From Acanthaster planci (taxonomy: Eukaryota), in assembly GCF_001949145.1 (NCBI RefSeq), contig NW_019091355.1, forward strand, positions 5,464,517-5,528,516: a stretch of DNA of 64,000 bases, in the 5' to 3' direction. Position numbers and translations under genes: made by a program. Shown here in pieces: positions 13,229 through 25,879 of the stretch (position 1 is its first letter; every line of letters starts with the position of its first letter). Under the pieces are notes generated by a model. The model was not told the DNA's origin. It was given only the letters and a program-made list of their open reading frames with translations, and did no database searches.

Positions 13229-16200
13229 CAAAAGGCATGCATGGTTTCTTGCTTGATGTTGCTTAGCCACATGTTGGCGTTAAGTAATTTTCACACGTTA
13301 TGTCATTTGACACTGGAACATCCACTGTTTATCTCCTAGCTACACATTACACGGCAAAGTGCCGAAGGGCATTCTATTCTATACCACTCCACTTCTCACC
13401 CTGCAATTAATAATGTTGACATGTTTCTTGTTTTTAATTATGAAATTGGGCCTTGGACCGTTCTCAATGCGAAGTTACCGAGTGATAGACTGCAAGAACG
13501 AGGACTTGAGTGCGTTTTTTAATCTGGATAGTGCGCTCATGTCGTGGCTCACCGAAAGCACCAAATTCTACTATGACTTACAAATCAAAGTCATGAGCGC
13601 CATCTACGCCTACGCCCGCCGATATGTCCGAACGTTGACGAATGTGCGCATCAACTTCATTAGAGAAATCACGTATGATTGTGACTGATAGGAGCGTACA
13701 CCCTGCACGATCCCCCAGTTAAAAGCTGCAATTTCTGTAAAAAGCAGCCATTTCCTTAACCAAAAGACGCGGCTGATGACACTTGTCAGCACCCGAGTAA
13801 ATGATTAGTATAATGCCGGTCGCTTTCTCCCACTCTATCCGTGCTGGAGGCCTCAATAAATTAATTCAATTTGTTTGCTTTTAACAGTAGCGACAAGCTG
13901 AAACGAGTGATAGATCGTTTGAGAGATTGGCACATCCTCTCTGCCCATCCATAACGGCGGTTTCCCTCCTTATAATATTTCACCCAGCGCGCCGCTGCCG
14001 ACTCTCCGCATAATTTTCTTCGTTCTGTTATAAACACGGATCATGGTCGGGATTCGTGGGTTTTCTCTCGTCTTGTATTTTTTTAGGCTGTCTTTTTGAA
14101 TTTCTGTCTCAACTGCAGGAAAGTAGACCGGCATACCGGTTGCAATTTCGGATGGCTTTTCTCTATCCCGCTTTGCTGAGAGAAACTCAGGATGAAGGGA
14201 CGATTTCATCCATGCGATGGAAGCACACATGTTATCTATTGTCCGATTATTTAGCACTGCACTGCCAAGTTGCTTAAGATTGTCTTGTCTGGCATATAAA
14301 ATATAACAACCAAGCTTCGCTATTCGAAAATATGACGTTGATGCTGTCTGTGCGTGACTTGTTAACATCCATGTAAGTGACACATCACATGAAATAGTCA
14401 AACAATAAAAACTAATCTTTACATTACTCTGAAGTTTGGCGACGGTTTATTATAGGTCAGCAGAGTGAGAGTTACATTTCCACTATTGCATCTTCGATTC
14501 AAAGTTTCCTTGGTCTTGAAATTGGATATCCTGTGTGTTCTCTCAACAATTCCGGTTGTCAGGAGATAGGTGCTGCAGGGTCCCGCTATCACAACAAGCT
14601 ACTCTCCGCAATCGATGGCAAATTCCAGTTTTTAGGTCCAGCGACGCAAGCCCCGAACCTATACACCTCATTCTCGTGGGCCAATCTCCTCGATTTCCTC
14701 CCCCCTTAATTCGTAATTATGGTAATCAGTTTCCCGGGCCCTTGCACCGTGTCCAGGCGTACCTGATGTGATCACCCGAAGCCTCATCAGTTCGCGTCTT
14801 CGCCAGATATAAAGCAGAGAAACGGCTTGAGCGCAACTGGGGCATACACCGGCCTCTGATTGGCAGCTGTCCTGGGCAAATTTGGCTTTATCGGCCTGTC
14901 TTAAAAAAAAAAAAAAAGAATCAATATATAAAGGATAGGCCTGAACCCCCCCTAAAGTCATATCGAATTGTTTTTCCCATTCACGTCATAGGTAAATGCA
15001 TTATTACTTCTCTCTCTGACAGCTGTTACAGAAAGAATGTCAAGGTGTAAGTTTTTAACAACAGTGTGAAAGTTGCAGTAGATATTATAAATGGCACACA
15101 CACAAATCAAATCGTTGCACCAATCACCCCTAAAAGGTCATGCGTGTGAATGCGCATTAGAAATAATGATCGGATATTTTTAGGCAGACGTTTGTTGTTA
15201 AAATAATTTTTTTTTCTCTGAGCGTAAGTGACCTTTTCCTTGTAGACAGTTGATTTGTTAAAGCAAACCTCCTGTCCCAGCTACCGGTACCGTGGCCGAA
15301 AATCGTGTAGAGAGTTGGAGAGGCGTGTCTAGATGATGCAATCTGCACCTGAAAGGTAACTGGTCGATGAGTCTTTTTTAAAAGGTTTGTCTAGAGTATG
15401 GGCGTTTCTTGTTGCATTCTGACCAATAGGCGTCCTCGTTATACGCAATCAAACTTGCCGAAACTCACAGTGCCGTTCGACCACTCGAGCTCACGCGCTT
15501 CCATCCACCATTATAACGAAGCGTGATCTCTGCCTGCTGTTAAAAAAAGCACGCCAAATAAAAGTTAATATTACATAGCGTGGCTACCATACCGGTTGGG
15601 ATCCCTCGCCGTTAAGTGTACCATATACTGGAATTAGAGATGCGGCATGAAAAAAGCTGGATTTGGTGCTATCATCGGCCTCCAGTGGCGCCGCCGTGTC
15701 TTGTAGTCGGCGAATTGGAGAGAGAGAGTAATACGTTAGCTCAAGCTGACACATATACGGGTAGTTATGGATGGGGCTTGTCAACGTCACTTTCAGAGAG
15801 AGGAAATAAATTTATCATCAGCGGCGATTTTGTGATTTATGCCATCAAAATGCGCTTTAATTCACGCCATGTGAAGAGAAACACTTGGCTGGCCTACATT
15901 ACACACCACATCACCATACAGAGTAGCCAACTCACTGTTAGTTTCCATATGGAGAAAAGTTTAATGTTACATTATTATTAAAATGAGGTATCATTAGTCG
16001 CAAACTAAACCTGCAGTTGAAATGCCGACCGCGGTGTGCTTCATTTTCCCCCCTCAAAACAAAGCAAGTATATTGAATAATATATAAAAATTGCGATCTT
16101 GAATATATCTATACTGCATACCTTTCGATTTTTCCTGGGTCGCATGGAGGACTGTTGGTTTTCATTTAAAAAAAAGACAGAAAACAGTTGTCAAATAGCC

Positions 16201-16943
16201 TTCGACACCTTCTACATATACCTGGATTCACGTTGACACAGTGCTCCGACCCTGGACATCCGGGTTAGTGGGCGAATGAATGATTGATCATTTTGGACTT
16301 GCCATTGGCCTGTAGCATTAGATCACGATCAGGCCGAGTACCTGTTTGGCTGCTCATAACGGTGTGAATTTCTGTGTGATCGTTTGCATCTCGTAATTTG
16401 AGAAACAAGTCACAAACATTTCTTTTAATAAATGCACATTTGACACTGTAATACATACATATATGGTGATACGTGCACAGTGCAATGCGAAAGCTAAGGT
16501 TTCGCTCGTTAAACCTGTAGCTTCCTGTCCAAGATATCTTCCCCGTTTTTCCCTACCAACGCTTTACCTGTCGCTTCTGTTTACATATTACTTTCCTGTT
16601 TGCTCAGTGGTACCTTCATTTACCGTGCATCATCTCCATTATTCGGTGTCTCTGTGATCCTTTGTTTTCTTAATCCATATACTATCTGCTCCCCCCCCCT
16701 TTATCCCTCTCTTCCCCTCCCCCTTTCATTGCCTTTTTGCAATCTATCTCGGTATCCACCCACCCGTGTCGCATAATGAAACCTCTCGCTTCCAGCTTTT
16801 CATGCCGTTTTCCTCCTCAGTGCCTGAACTTGTACATGAAATACGAAACTTGCGTCATCTGAACCTCCATGCTCGTTCTATTCCGTCATCTTCACCAGTT
16901 GCATACCCTTCACCGTCCCCTGTTTCTCTTCCTTCTCTCGCAG

Positions 16944-17204
16944 TTCTGTCCCTAAGTGTCAGGGTCCTTCAGCCGCATCCTTGAGTGTCACTTCGGCTTT
17001 CTTCACGAGCAATTGAGCAGCGCGTGCCCACCGTCCCGGTCGAGCCGCATGGAACTCTTGCGGCAACGGCGTTTTGGCGATCAGCTTTTCGAAGTCGATA
17101 TTGTGCCCGGCGACGGGGTCTTAGTCCCTCGTTCTGTATATTCTCCTCCAAGTGGACCATGCCAGCTTGTGTTGCAAGCCGCCTGGTGTGCTAAGTGTCG
17201 TTAA
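16944..17204 (+). other. Candidate spliced terminal exon, product unknown
   Basis: Strong acceptor TGTTTCTCTTCCTTCTCTCGCAG (AG at 16942-16943) after a pyrimidine-rich tract of about 400 bp, followed by an abrupt switch to GC/CpG-rich sequence. No recognisable domain in any frame. Confidence 0.25.
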
Positions 17205-17564
17205 TCAACACAGTTGTGGGATCGGAGATGGATGGTGGGACGAAGATAACTCGAGGGTGGCACCGGAGATGTGTTGTAAAGCACGGAAGGGGGAGCACTC
17301 TTGTCTCCACACTTGCTCGTGCTCAACAGTGTTTCTGAGGGAGCAAATGCATAGGGGTAAGCCATTCCTGTGGGGGGGGGGGGCATTTTGTTCAGTAGGT
17401 TCTCTTAGAAATGAACAATTTTGATGAAAATGCCCCTAAAAAGGGGATTCGATGAAAATCATTAGTGTGGTGTGTGCCCCAAGCGTCATTCTTCAGCTAA
17501 CCTCCCCTGTCTGTCGCTTGCTTGGGAAAGCTGAAGTTTCTCATTCGGTTCCAGTCACTCAGTG

Positions 17565-17879
17565 CACTGTAAAAACAATACAAGTGTTAATGTTTCAATG
17601 CCTTTTAAATGCGTGCTGTGGTGTTAAAAATGCAAAGCTAAACATGTTGTGGTGTTGATTTCTTAAACAAAATACATGTTGATGTGTTATTAATAAATGT
17701 AGACACAATGACACATTCGGGTGTTGATAACAAAATATAAAACGTGTTTGTCAGGTGGTAACACTTTTGAACCCAGAAACACGTTTATTTCCGAATAGGC
17801 GTTTCATATTAAACGGTCACATGTTTACAATTATAGTAAACGTAAAGACGCGTTTAAATGGGCGTTGGTTTCTACAGTG
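17565..17879. mobile_element. MITE with CACTG termini (CMC/EnSpm-like ends)
   Basis: CACTGTAAAAAC ... GTTTCTACAGTG (11/12 inverted match). AT-rich interior with repeated GTGTT words. No clear TSD. Confidence 0.6.
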
Positions 17880-20800
17880 CATTGACTCGGCTCTAAAACG
17901 CGTTCTCTGTGAAATGATCATACCAATTCGTGTCAAAATCGATTAAAAGTAAAATATCACTTTGTTTTCGCAACTCTAGTTTGTGGTTTTTCGGTGACCC
18001 GGGAGCAAATTTTGCGGTGGAAAAATTTGCAGCCTAAAGATATCGAGCCTTTGGAGCACTCATCGTAATTTTAGCCATTAAGGTTTCATTGCAAGTCTCG
18101 AGAGTAGTAGTAGTAGTTTAAGGGCGCCCTTTATGAGATACGAAAGAAGTGTTCGTCAGCAGCGTGATCGTTTCAGGAACCTGTTTTGTTCCGTGCCCGA
18201 TAAGTTGTATGTAGGCCTACCCAAATGAAAATTTGTAAAAAGAAGTATCGTTGCATACGTTGTGCATGCATGACAGTGATTGGGCTGTCATTATCCTGTC
18301 AATATTATTGCTAGCAAAAAAACTTCAGTGGATCCCGTCTGGGAATTCACTACCAGATATTGTCGTGAGTTCAAGCATGCAAGCTGGCCTCCCTCATTCT
18401 GGGCCTTCTTGACTCGCTTCGTTGTATTATCGCAGGAAATCCGGAACATTTTCCACCGTGGATTGAATGGTGGATATTGGCATCAATAAGTATATTCCCG
18501 TAAACCCTGACCAATTACCCCGTAATGCGCATATAGGCCCGAGATAACACTGGTTGCTGTTTTGTGTATTTGGAAAACCCAGAGGGCTACTAAAGGGCGA
18601 CTTACTGAACGGAGCCGACGTGGACTGAAGTTACCACAATGCAGATAATGAACCTAATACTTTTGCCAGAGCGTTGTGCACCAAAACTTCACAGCACTTT
18701 CCAGACTTGCAGGCTTAAATTCATCCTCGGCCGTCCACATATAAAGAGGGGAGGTATTACAACGATTGTTAACTTTACATGCAAGACCATTCTCATAATT
18801 CCTATATTCGTATGGGCGGCCAAAGTGTGCAGAACATCACTCTTGGGATTTTGCTTAACGATGCACTTTTGCCGCATTACGTTTTTTGAGGATCGCACTT
18901 ATTTCACATTGATTAGTACTGATTGTTTATTAATTTGATTGTGAAAGGCTGTCACCAGAATGGTGCTCTTCTGATAGAATGGTATCTAGGAATCATTGAT
19001 ATTCCTGGTAAATTTTCTAAATGGTAAAGCGAAATGCTTACCACTTGGTGAGAGTTGATATCACCACACACTGCGGGCGTCCGAAAAATACGGATTCGTA
19101 TTGTACCGTGAAGTATTCCCTCTTGATCCCTTTAAAATCTTGCGCGGTTGTTAATTGACAAGCAAATACGGTAATCAGGCAAGATCGGTGACGCGTGGAG
19201 ATTAACACAAGTGGGCAAAGCAGACAGGCAATTGACGCTAACGTAGTTAAACCCGCTGCCGGATGGGAAATGGGGAATAAAGTGACGGTCAGCATGGGGA
19301 GTGAACTGTCTCCGAGATCGCATGGAGTGACAGGCATTATCATTATAAATGCCACTCTTGCCGCGGCGTCTGGCCAACAGACTGCTTGTTTACGGGAGCC
19401 CGACTGACGTTAATTCCCCTAATGCATGTAGTCTGCCAATTAACGAGCTTTTAGTAACCTCGTGCTTGTCAGGGGGGAGACACACTACCTGTACATGCTC
19501 ACGTTACCTGTCCAATCAAGCCACATTTCCCCGACCACCCCTTCACCCTGCAATCGGATGAACTCTCTCTCTCTCACTCTCTCAACCTTTAATGTCCACT
19601 GCTGTAAATTTTTTTCCTCCTTTTCATCACATCTCCCAGCAGGGGCGACAAAAATTGCCTGTATATTTTCCGCCATTTTGAACCGGCGCTGAATCAAGTC
19701 CAACCTTCAGTTCTCGTTCGGTCGGAACAATGACTTCACAGAGGCATGACCGCGAAGTTTAACCAATGACCAAAGCTGAAACAAGTTTTTGGCCCGGATC
19801 GCTAAAACACGCCCCTGCAACAATCTTATTCAACAGTTTATAAGTTTACAAGTTCAAGGTAACAAGATCGCTAATGGCTTCCTGTTGAGTAATGTCTCTT
19901 ACGCCGTGTCCAAATAACCTGGCTGGGCTTACACACACCTCCATGGACAGTGGCTTGCAGCTAGCCTTAAGCACAGACTCATGCGTACCTTCAAGCTGTA
20001 GCCTTGAAACGCCCAAATTCTGAGGAAAAGCTCACTCAGTAACAGATACACCTATCAAATTAAAGGATATGGAGTTTTTTTCAGATCTGTTTTCTGCTTG
20101 ATACGTAATGATGGCTTAATCTGCAACATCCCTCGCTTCTCCATTTTCCCACGGTCGTTTATTACCCTTTCCTCAGTCTTACTCAGGAGTTCTCCCCCAG
20201 TCCTACCTCTCACCCCCATTTCCTTACCCATCATCTCTGGCAACCTGCCTCCCCTTCCTCACCTCATTTTCCCACCGCGGGGCACTCACTCATTCCATTT
20301 CCCAATTCATTTGACCTCCTCCCCGAGTGTTTTGCCTCATCATCATTATACTCGTGTGCTTCCATATCGGCCCCGGCACCGCGCGCGCCGCGCTCTCTTA
20401 ATACCCCGAGTCGTCTCGTCCCGACTAACCCGTGCGTGAGCCTCCTACGTGCTTGGCTGTCCCCTGTCCCCATCATCTCTCTCTTTCTCCCACTCTCCCC
20501 CAAAGCCCCCGCCAGCCCGAATGAGCTATCGGCGGTGTACTTCCTCCCGTCACCTCCATCCATCTTCCTCAGCCCTAAATGCTTTGTCGCCTTTCAGCAA
20601 ACCGCGAATGTTGTTTACCCAAACACGCTATCGTCTGCAAATCAGGAGTATCCGGACGGCCGGCAAGAACTCGATGGCCTGTGGACATCTTTCCCTCCTC
20701 GCATGTTTCGCCTCCTTTCTTCCATCTTGCATCTTCCTCCAGAATCGACGAGTGATGTTTGTGGTATCAAACGATGCGTAAAATAGACGCACTTTGATTT

Positions 20801-22104
20801 TTTTCTTACCCCGTGCGTAGCATGCACAAGGCCCGCTAAACCTTCCCTGAGGACCGGGCCAGGCCTGTGCCGAAATACAGACCAATCACAGAGCTCGCCG
20901 TTGACACGCTATAATTCTGGATCCATCTTTGTCTTCCGAGATTTGGGGTTGATTGAGCTGAAATAATATTTGGAAAAATTATTCATTGATTAGTTTTTTT
21001 TTCAATTTCACCGTTAGATCTTCAACTGGCTGCAAAGTAGTTAATGCGTCAAGCGTTCAAATATTTGAGGGTTGAAAAACGGATAATTCAATAAGTGCGC
21101 GCGCATGGATGAATCGCGTCCTGAGCTATCATTTTATAGTTTCCCTTATAAAACATTTTACTCACTCCGTTTCCTTCCATTCGACATTTAAATTCCCGGC
21201 AGTTTGGAAATGGTAATTGGATATTTTGAGGCTGGTTGATTGCCTTCTGTACTTAACTCCATGATAAAAAGAATATCAGTATTGGTTAACGCAGCCTTTT
21301 ATATCCGAGTTGAAGAAATGGTACCTTGATAAATACAACGTTTGGCATAATGGTTTACTAGCCATCAGAACTAAACTGATGCTAGTCCTAAAGGTCGCAC
21401 GAAATAAGCAACAAGCTTTCAGTACGGTACCATTTCAGTCATGGGTATGTGCAATTTAAGGCATCCATGTGCCCAGCTCCACTGAAATCCCATTTTTGAA
21501 ACAGGCATCATGCTATTGACTTCCTCGCTCCATTTTAGTTTTGTCCAGGTTTCATTTTGATTTTTCGTACGGTGTGCAGACGTTCTGCTCTTGATCAAGG
21601 CTTGTGCAAAGCCAGTTTGTGCAGATATGCACAGCAACATTCCAAACACGATTTACAACGCTCACAACATAATGCAGACCTATGAGGTTTTATTTTCAGT
21701 AGTCTGGTTCTGTACAACGCGAACAAGTAACATGTGGTCCAAGCCGTCAAGGGACATGCCCAACGGTTCAATCATTAGACATGAACACGTGTTTGGTATT
21801 GACAAACTTTGGAACTAGCATGCGTCTGCACGGCACAACATTTTCCCCTTACTCCCCTTACCTGTCACAGCCAAGATGGTGCGTAAGATATGATTGCGTG
21901 AGAAACAACACTCCATAATCTTGGCGCTTTTAACTTCCCCCACACTTGGACTTTCTATAATTAACCATGCAGTCTGCGTTTGGTATCTTAGTTACTCCCT
22001 TCCTTTTCATATTTTGAATTATAAGCGCCCGTGAGTCAACCTCCATAGAACATTGAACATCATGCACTCGCTATTTCCGACATTTTTGGCAGGTTTAATT
22101 GCTG

Positions 22105-22183
22105 CCGCCAATTTCTTTCCCCGCCATTTTGTTCCGCGCCAATTTTGTTTTGTTCCGCGCCAATTTTTTTTTTCGCGCCAATT
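22105..22183. repeat. Short degenerate tandem repeat of CGCCA(A)TT
   Basis: Five copies, including TTTTGTTCCGCGCCAATTTT twice. Confidence 0.8.
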
Positions 22184-22927
22184 ACTCGCGCGGCACAGCC
22201 TATCGAATGTCATAATGAGTAAAACCAGGAGCCCTGACAGTTTTATAGAGGCTCATCCGTCACGGCTGCTGCTTGACAGAGAAACTGATGCGCGGAGACG
22301 AGAGTTCTCAAAGAGTGGGAACGAGGAAAAAATTAGACATGCTCAAGTCCTTCTATGCGGCAACGGTTGAGTCATTCTTCTTAAAGGTAACGTTGATGTC
22401 ATCCTACTCATGCACTAATCCAGAAATGCCGTTCAGATAAAGATAGTTTTGGTGGGTTGAAGATTGTCACTTGTGGTCATGTTTGAGCATTATGATGTGC
22501 AGCAACAGCTGCTAACCAATGCTACTGTAGACCTGGGTACTTTGTAAACGGTAATGTAGCAGAAAAATGAGCGCGAGCTTCACCTTCCAGGCATTAAGCT
22601 TACAGTGTTCACGACTGTGTTTTGCACGGTTTGTTGGGTTGTTTGTTTGTTTATTTTTCAATCACACACCAGGCTCTTGTTCTAGGAGTGGTGCATGTAC
22701 ATACATTACCTCAGAGGACAAAAACAAAGGGAATTGGAACAAAGGATGTTTCCATGTCCCCGATGGTCAGTCTTATTACCCTCGGTGGCAAATGGCTGCG
22801 TCTACAATGGGAGAGTGTTATGTGGTGGAAACAACAGGAAACAGTGCTCTTTGCTCAGTGACACGAGTGCGTAGATGGAATGGTGTGTTTTCTGTATCCA
22901 TACAGTGATGTTCATCAAACCCGTGTC

Positions 22928-22990
22928 CAGGGGCGGATCCAGGATTTCTTCCTGGGGAATTCGGGGAATTTTTTGTTCTCGCGGGGGGAT
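22928..22990 (+). mobile_element. Solo hAT-like MITE terminus
   Basis: CAGGGGCGGATCCAGGATTT followed by G-runs, a terminus form common in invertebrate non-autonomous hATs. Partner end not found. Confidence 0.4.
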
Positions 22991-25419
22991 ACTGTATGTA
23001 TGTAGTTGTTGCCGATGATAAAGCTATTTAATTTTTTTCGACCCTGAAATGGCTTAATGGTTTTTGTATTCTAATTTCAAGACTCACTGGCTGGTATCTT
23101 ACCCCAAATTAAATACAGACAGGTCGATTATCAAGCACGTTCAGTCGTGCAGTACATTTTTATCATTTTCGATTGCGACAGACGACTGGTTACTGCGCGG
23201 TTCGTTGTATAAACCGAAGTTATTCGTTTAATGGGTTTTAAAAGAAGCCCAGTGGTCTTTGGATCTAGGAGTGACTGATCACCAGCCCGGATACAGGGCT
23301 ATATGTTAACCCCTTCGTTCAATTAGACAAGTCCCGCCTTTCAACCCCGGTCTAAAACCGAGGGATTAAGACCGGGTTTATATTCCCCTTGTTATACATG
23401 ACCCAACGGTCCGTAATTCAATTTCAGAATAAAGTGCCGAAGGCAGGGAGCCTTGGGGATGTTCTTCCCTGTCTGTGTATTCCCTGAAGTTTTGGGGCTA
23501 ATTGGCGTGCATTTTACTCATTGGCCCTAATCACAGATGATAGGATCGAAGATATCAGGTCAGCCGACGGGTAGCTTGGCTACCCTTCCAAATGACTTGA
23601 TATCCTATTTCCATTTCTTTAAATTGCAGATTGTTTCAGTATGCTGAGAAATTTTGAACAATAGGCCTACCCTGAACGCACACATCTTGAGGCAGCTTTC
23701 CGACGAGGATGATAACGGAAAAGCTTTACCTTGTACAGCCCTGCTAAATTATGACTTTTCAATCATTTCTACTTTGTCTACTTTCTTGAGAAATTGGGAT
23801 GTGTCACCAGAGCTCATGAGTGCACATGTACGGTGAATTACCGGTGACTTTTCCCTCGTGGTTTTCCCAGAAGCATCAAGTCTAACAGCAGCGTCCCCCT
23901 GGGCATCCTTGCCCCGCCGAAATTCTATGGTGTCCTGGACAGGTCTTGTGGGTTGACTGTCGCTTTCGATTTGGGCTGCTGGGTGGCGGGCTAATTTGCA
24001 AAATAAGCGAAGCACGATCGTGATGGTCCCAGTCCAACATTAATCCATCGTGTTTCTGTGCAGGTGGCATTCGGCACGCGGCGCGCACGCTTATTTGGGC
24101 GCCAAGACAAGTGCTTCTAAAACACTGGTAAATGAGAGGAAGCTACACGCTGATGAGTAGCCTACGGTAGAGCATTGAATGAAATGCACTTCACCCTTGA
24201 ATCATTGTGCTCTTTGTATCTCCTCAGGAAACACTCGCCCAAAGACTAAGCGTACGTTAGAAGACCGGTTTCAACAAAAGGTTTACCAGCGTGGACAAAA
24301 GGGAATTGACAGTATTCACAAGTAAGCCATATTGAATTGAAAGCGAGCCAAACTTTTCTTGTTTTTGGAACCTGGGAATAGAAATGAAAGTAGGCCTAAT
24401 GAAATGGAGGCCCGTTACAAATAGATTTCATTTACGATGATGACTAAGTTTATCTGTGATTTAGTTTATCACAATGTTTTAAGGAACATTTGAACAAGTT
24501 AGCATGGGATCTAAAATAGTCAGGGATCACTCCCTCCGACAGATTACACTGAATACGATAGATTCAGGAACAGGATCAAAAGCGACTTCCCCGTGAATAA
24601 GGTTCAGTCCGTGCTCTTCCTCTGTGTTCCAGTCCTCAAAGTGTTACACGTTTACATAGCTAACGCAAAAAATAAGTGTGGATACCTGACGACTGACACA
24701 GGATCGCTGCTATTTTTTCAGTATGCGCACAGACCAGTACTGTTGTTCAGTTGCCTAGCCAAGGGGTGGCGGAGACGCACAGTGCGAGGAGCCGGAGAAA
24801 TGAAGATTGGGACACTGACAAAAGAAACATTGGGCCTCTAAATATGGATTGTGAATGTTAAATAGGGACGGTTGAAATAGATTGTAAATGCAAAACCCGG
24901 CATTGTGAAAAGAGATGATAAAAGCATTGAAAACCGTATAACAAGAATTATTATTCTCCCCAAAATTCGACTATTATCTTACAAGTGCACCCGAACTTGA
25001 CGGAAAAAAGATCTGCGTTAATTTTGCGACGGTGGAGCTGCTGTCATTGCACGGAGCCATCGCGCGAAGTTCCTGACTTTGTTTTCAATTTGCAGTTGCG
25101 AATTCCTTTGGGAAAAAAACCCGAAATGCCATTTATTGCGTAAAATGCCAGATGCCACCCGAATTGTCCAGTATCCGTTTGACAGTTTGGAGTATAGGAC
25201 GAGTGTACATGTACATGCGGCGGTAAATATGCACAAATTAAAAAGTTCCTTGGAGTAATTTAAATCAGCAACGGGGAAAAATTCTGACCCGAAAAAAATA
25301 TTTTTCGAAAGTTTTTGAGCAGGCAGTTACTATGTTCTTTTGTGTAGACACCCTTTATATTGCACTGGTGGTCTACAAGTGTGAATAAATTGATACTAAG
25401 TACTTGATTTGATGATATA

Positions 25420-25879
25420 CACTGGGCAGCAAAAGAAACTTGCCACTTCTGTCAAAGGCCACACATAAAAATTCATTACATTGAAATAAACAATTTTTGT
25501 ACACAGCTGTGCTGTAATATCCCTTACTAATCACATGCACAAAAGCAAGTGATTATCTTTATAAGAAAGGAGAATTTATATGCACAGCAACTTGGTTACA
25601 GAATGAGCCTTAAGTTTTACGCAGAAATCAATGTCACAGGACGAGATAAAGAAGTCACAATCATTACTTTTAAAATAATGTGTATGCATAGTCAGTAAGG
25701 ATGGCATCCCTATACAGAAACCACTCATGCAAATCATTCTGACAAAACAGGTGTTCACTTTGTCATTGGTTGTTTAAAATCTTGTCCATTCATGGGTCAA
25801 TTTTGCTTGGTGGAGAGTGCTTTTGTGTGTGACTTTTGATTCAGTTACCAAGTTGGTGTGTGCATGTCAATTTCCAGTG
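25420..25879. mobile_element. Possible Tc1/mariner-like non-autonomous relic
   Basis: TA|CACTGGGCAGCAAAAGAAAC left end and CCAGTG|TA right end. Only 6 bp of TIR match. Confidence 0.3.

Noticed and set aside
13597..13610. CTCF-like AGATGGCGC cores (also about 27101, 54356, 57575)
   Set aside because: Partial matches only; cannot be separated from background without PWM scoring or ChIP.
24150..24196. CTGATGAG as a hammerhead core (also other CTGATGA words)
   Set aside because: No stem II closing onto GAAA and no stem I/III pairing.
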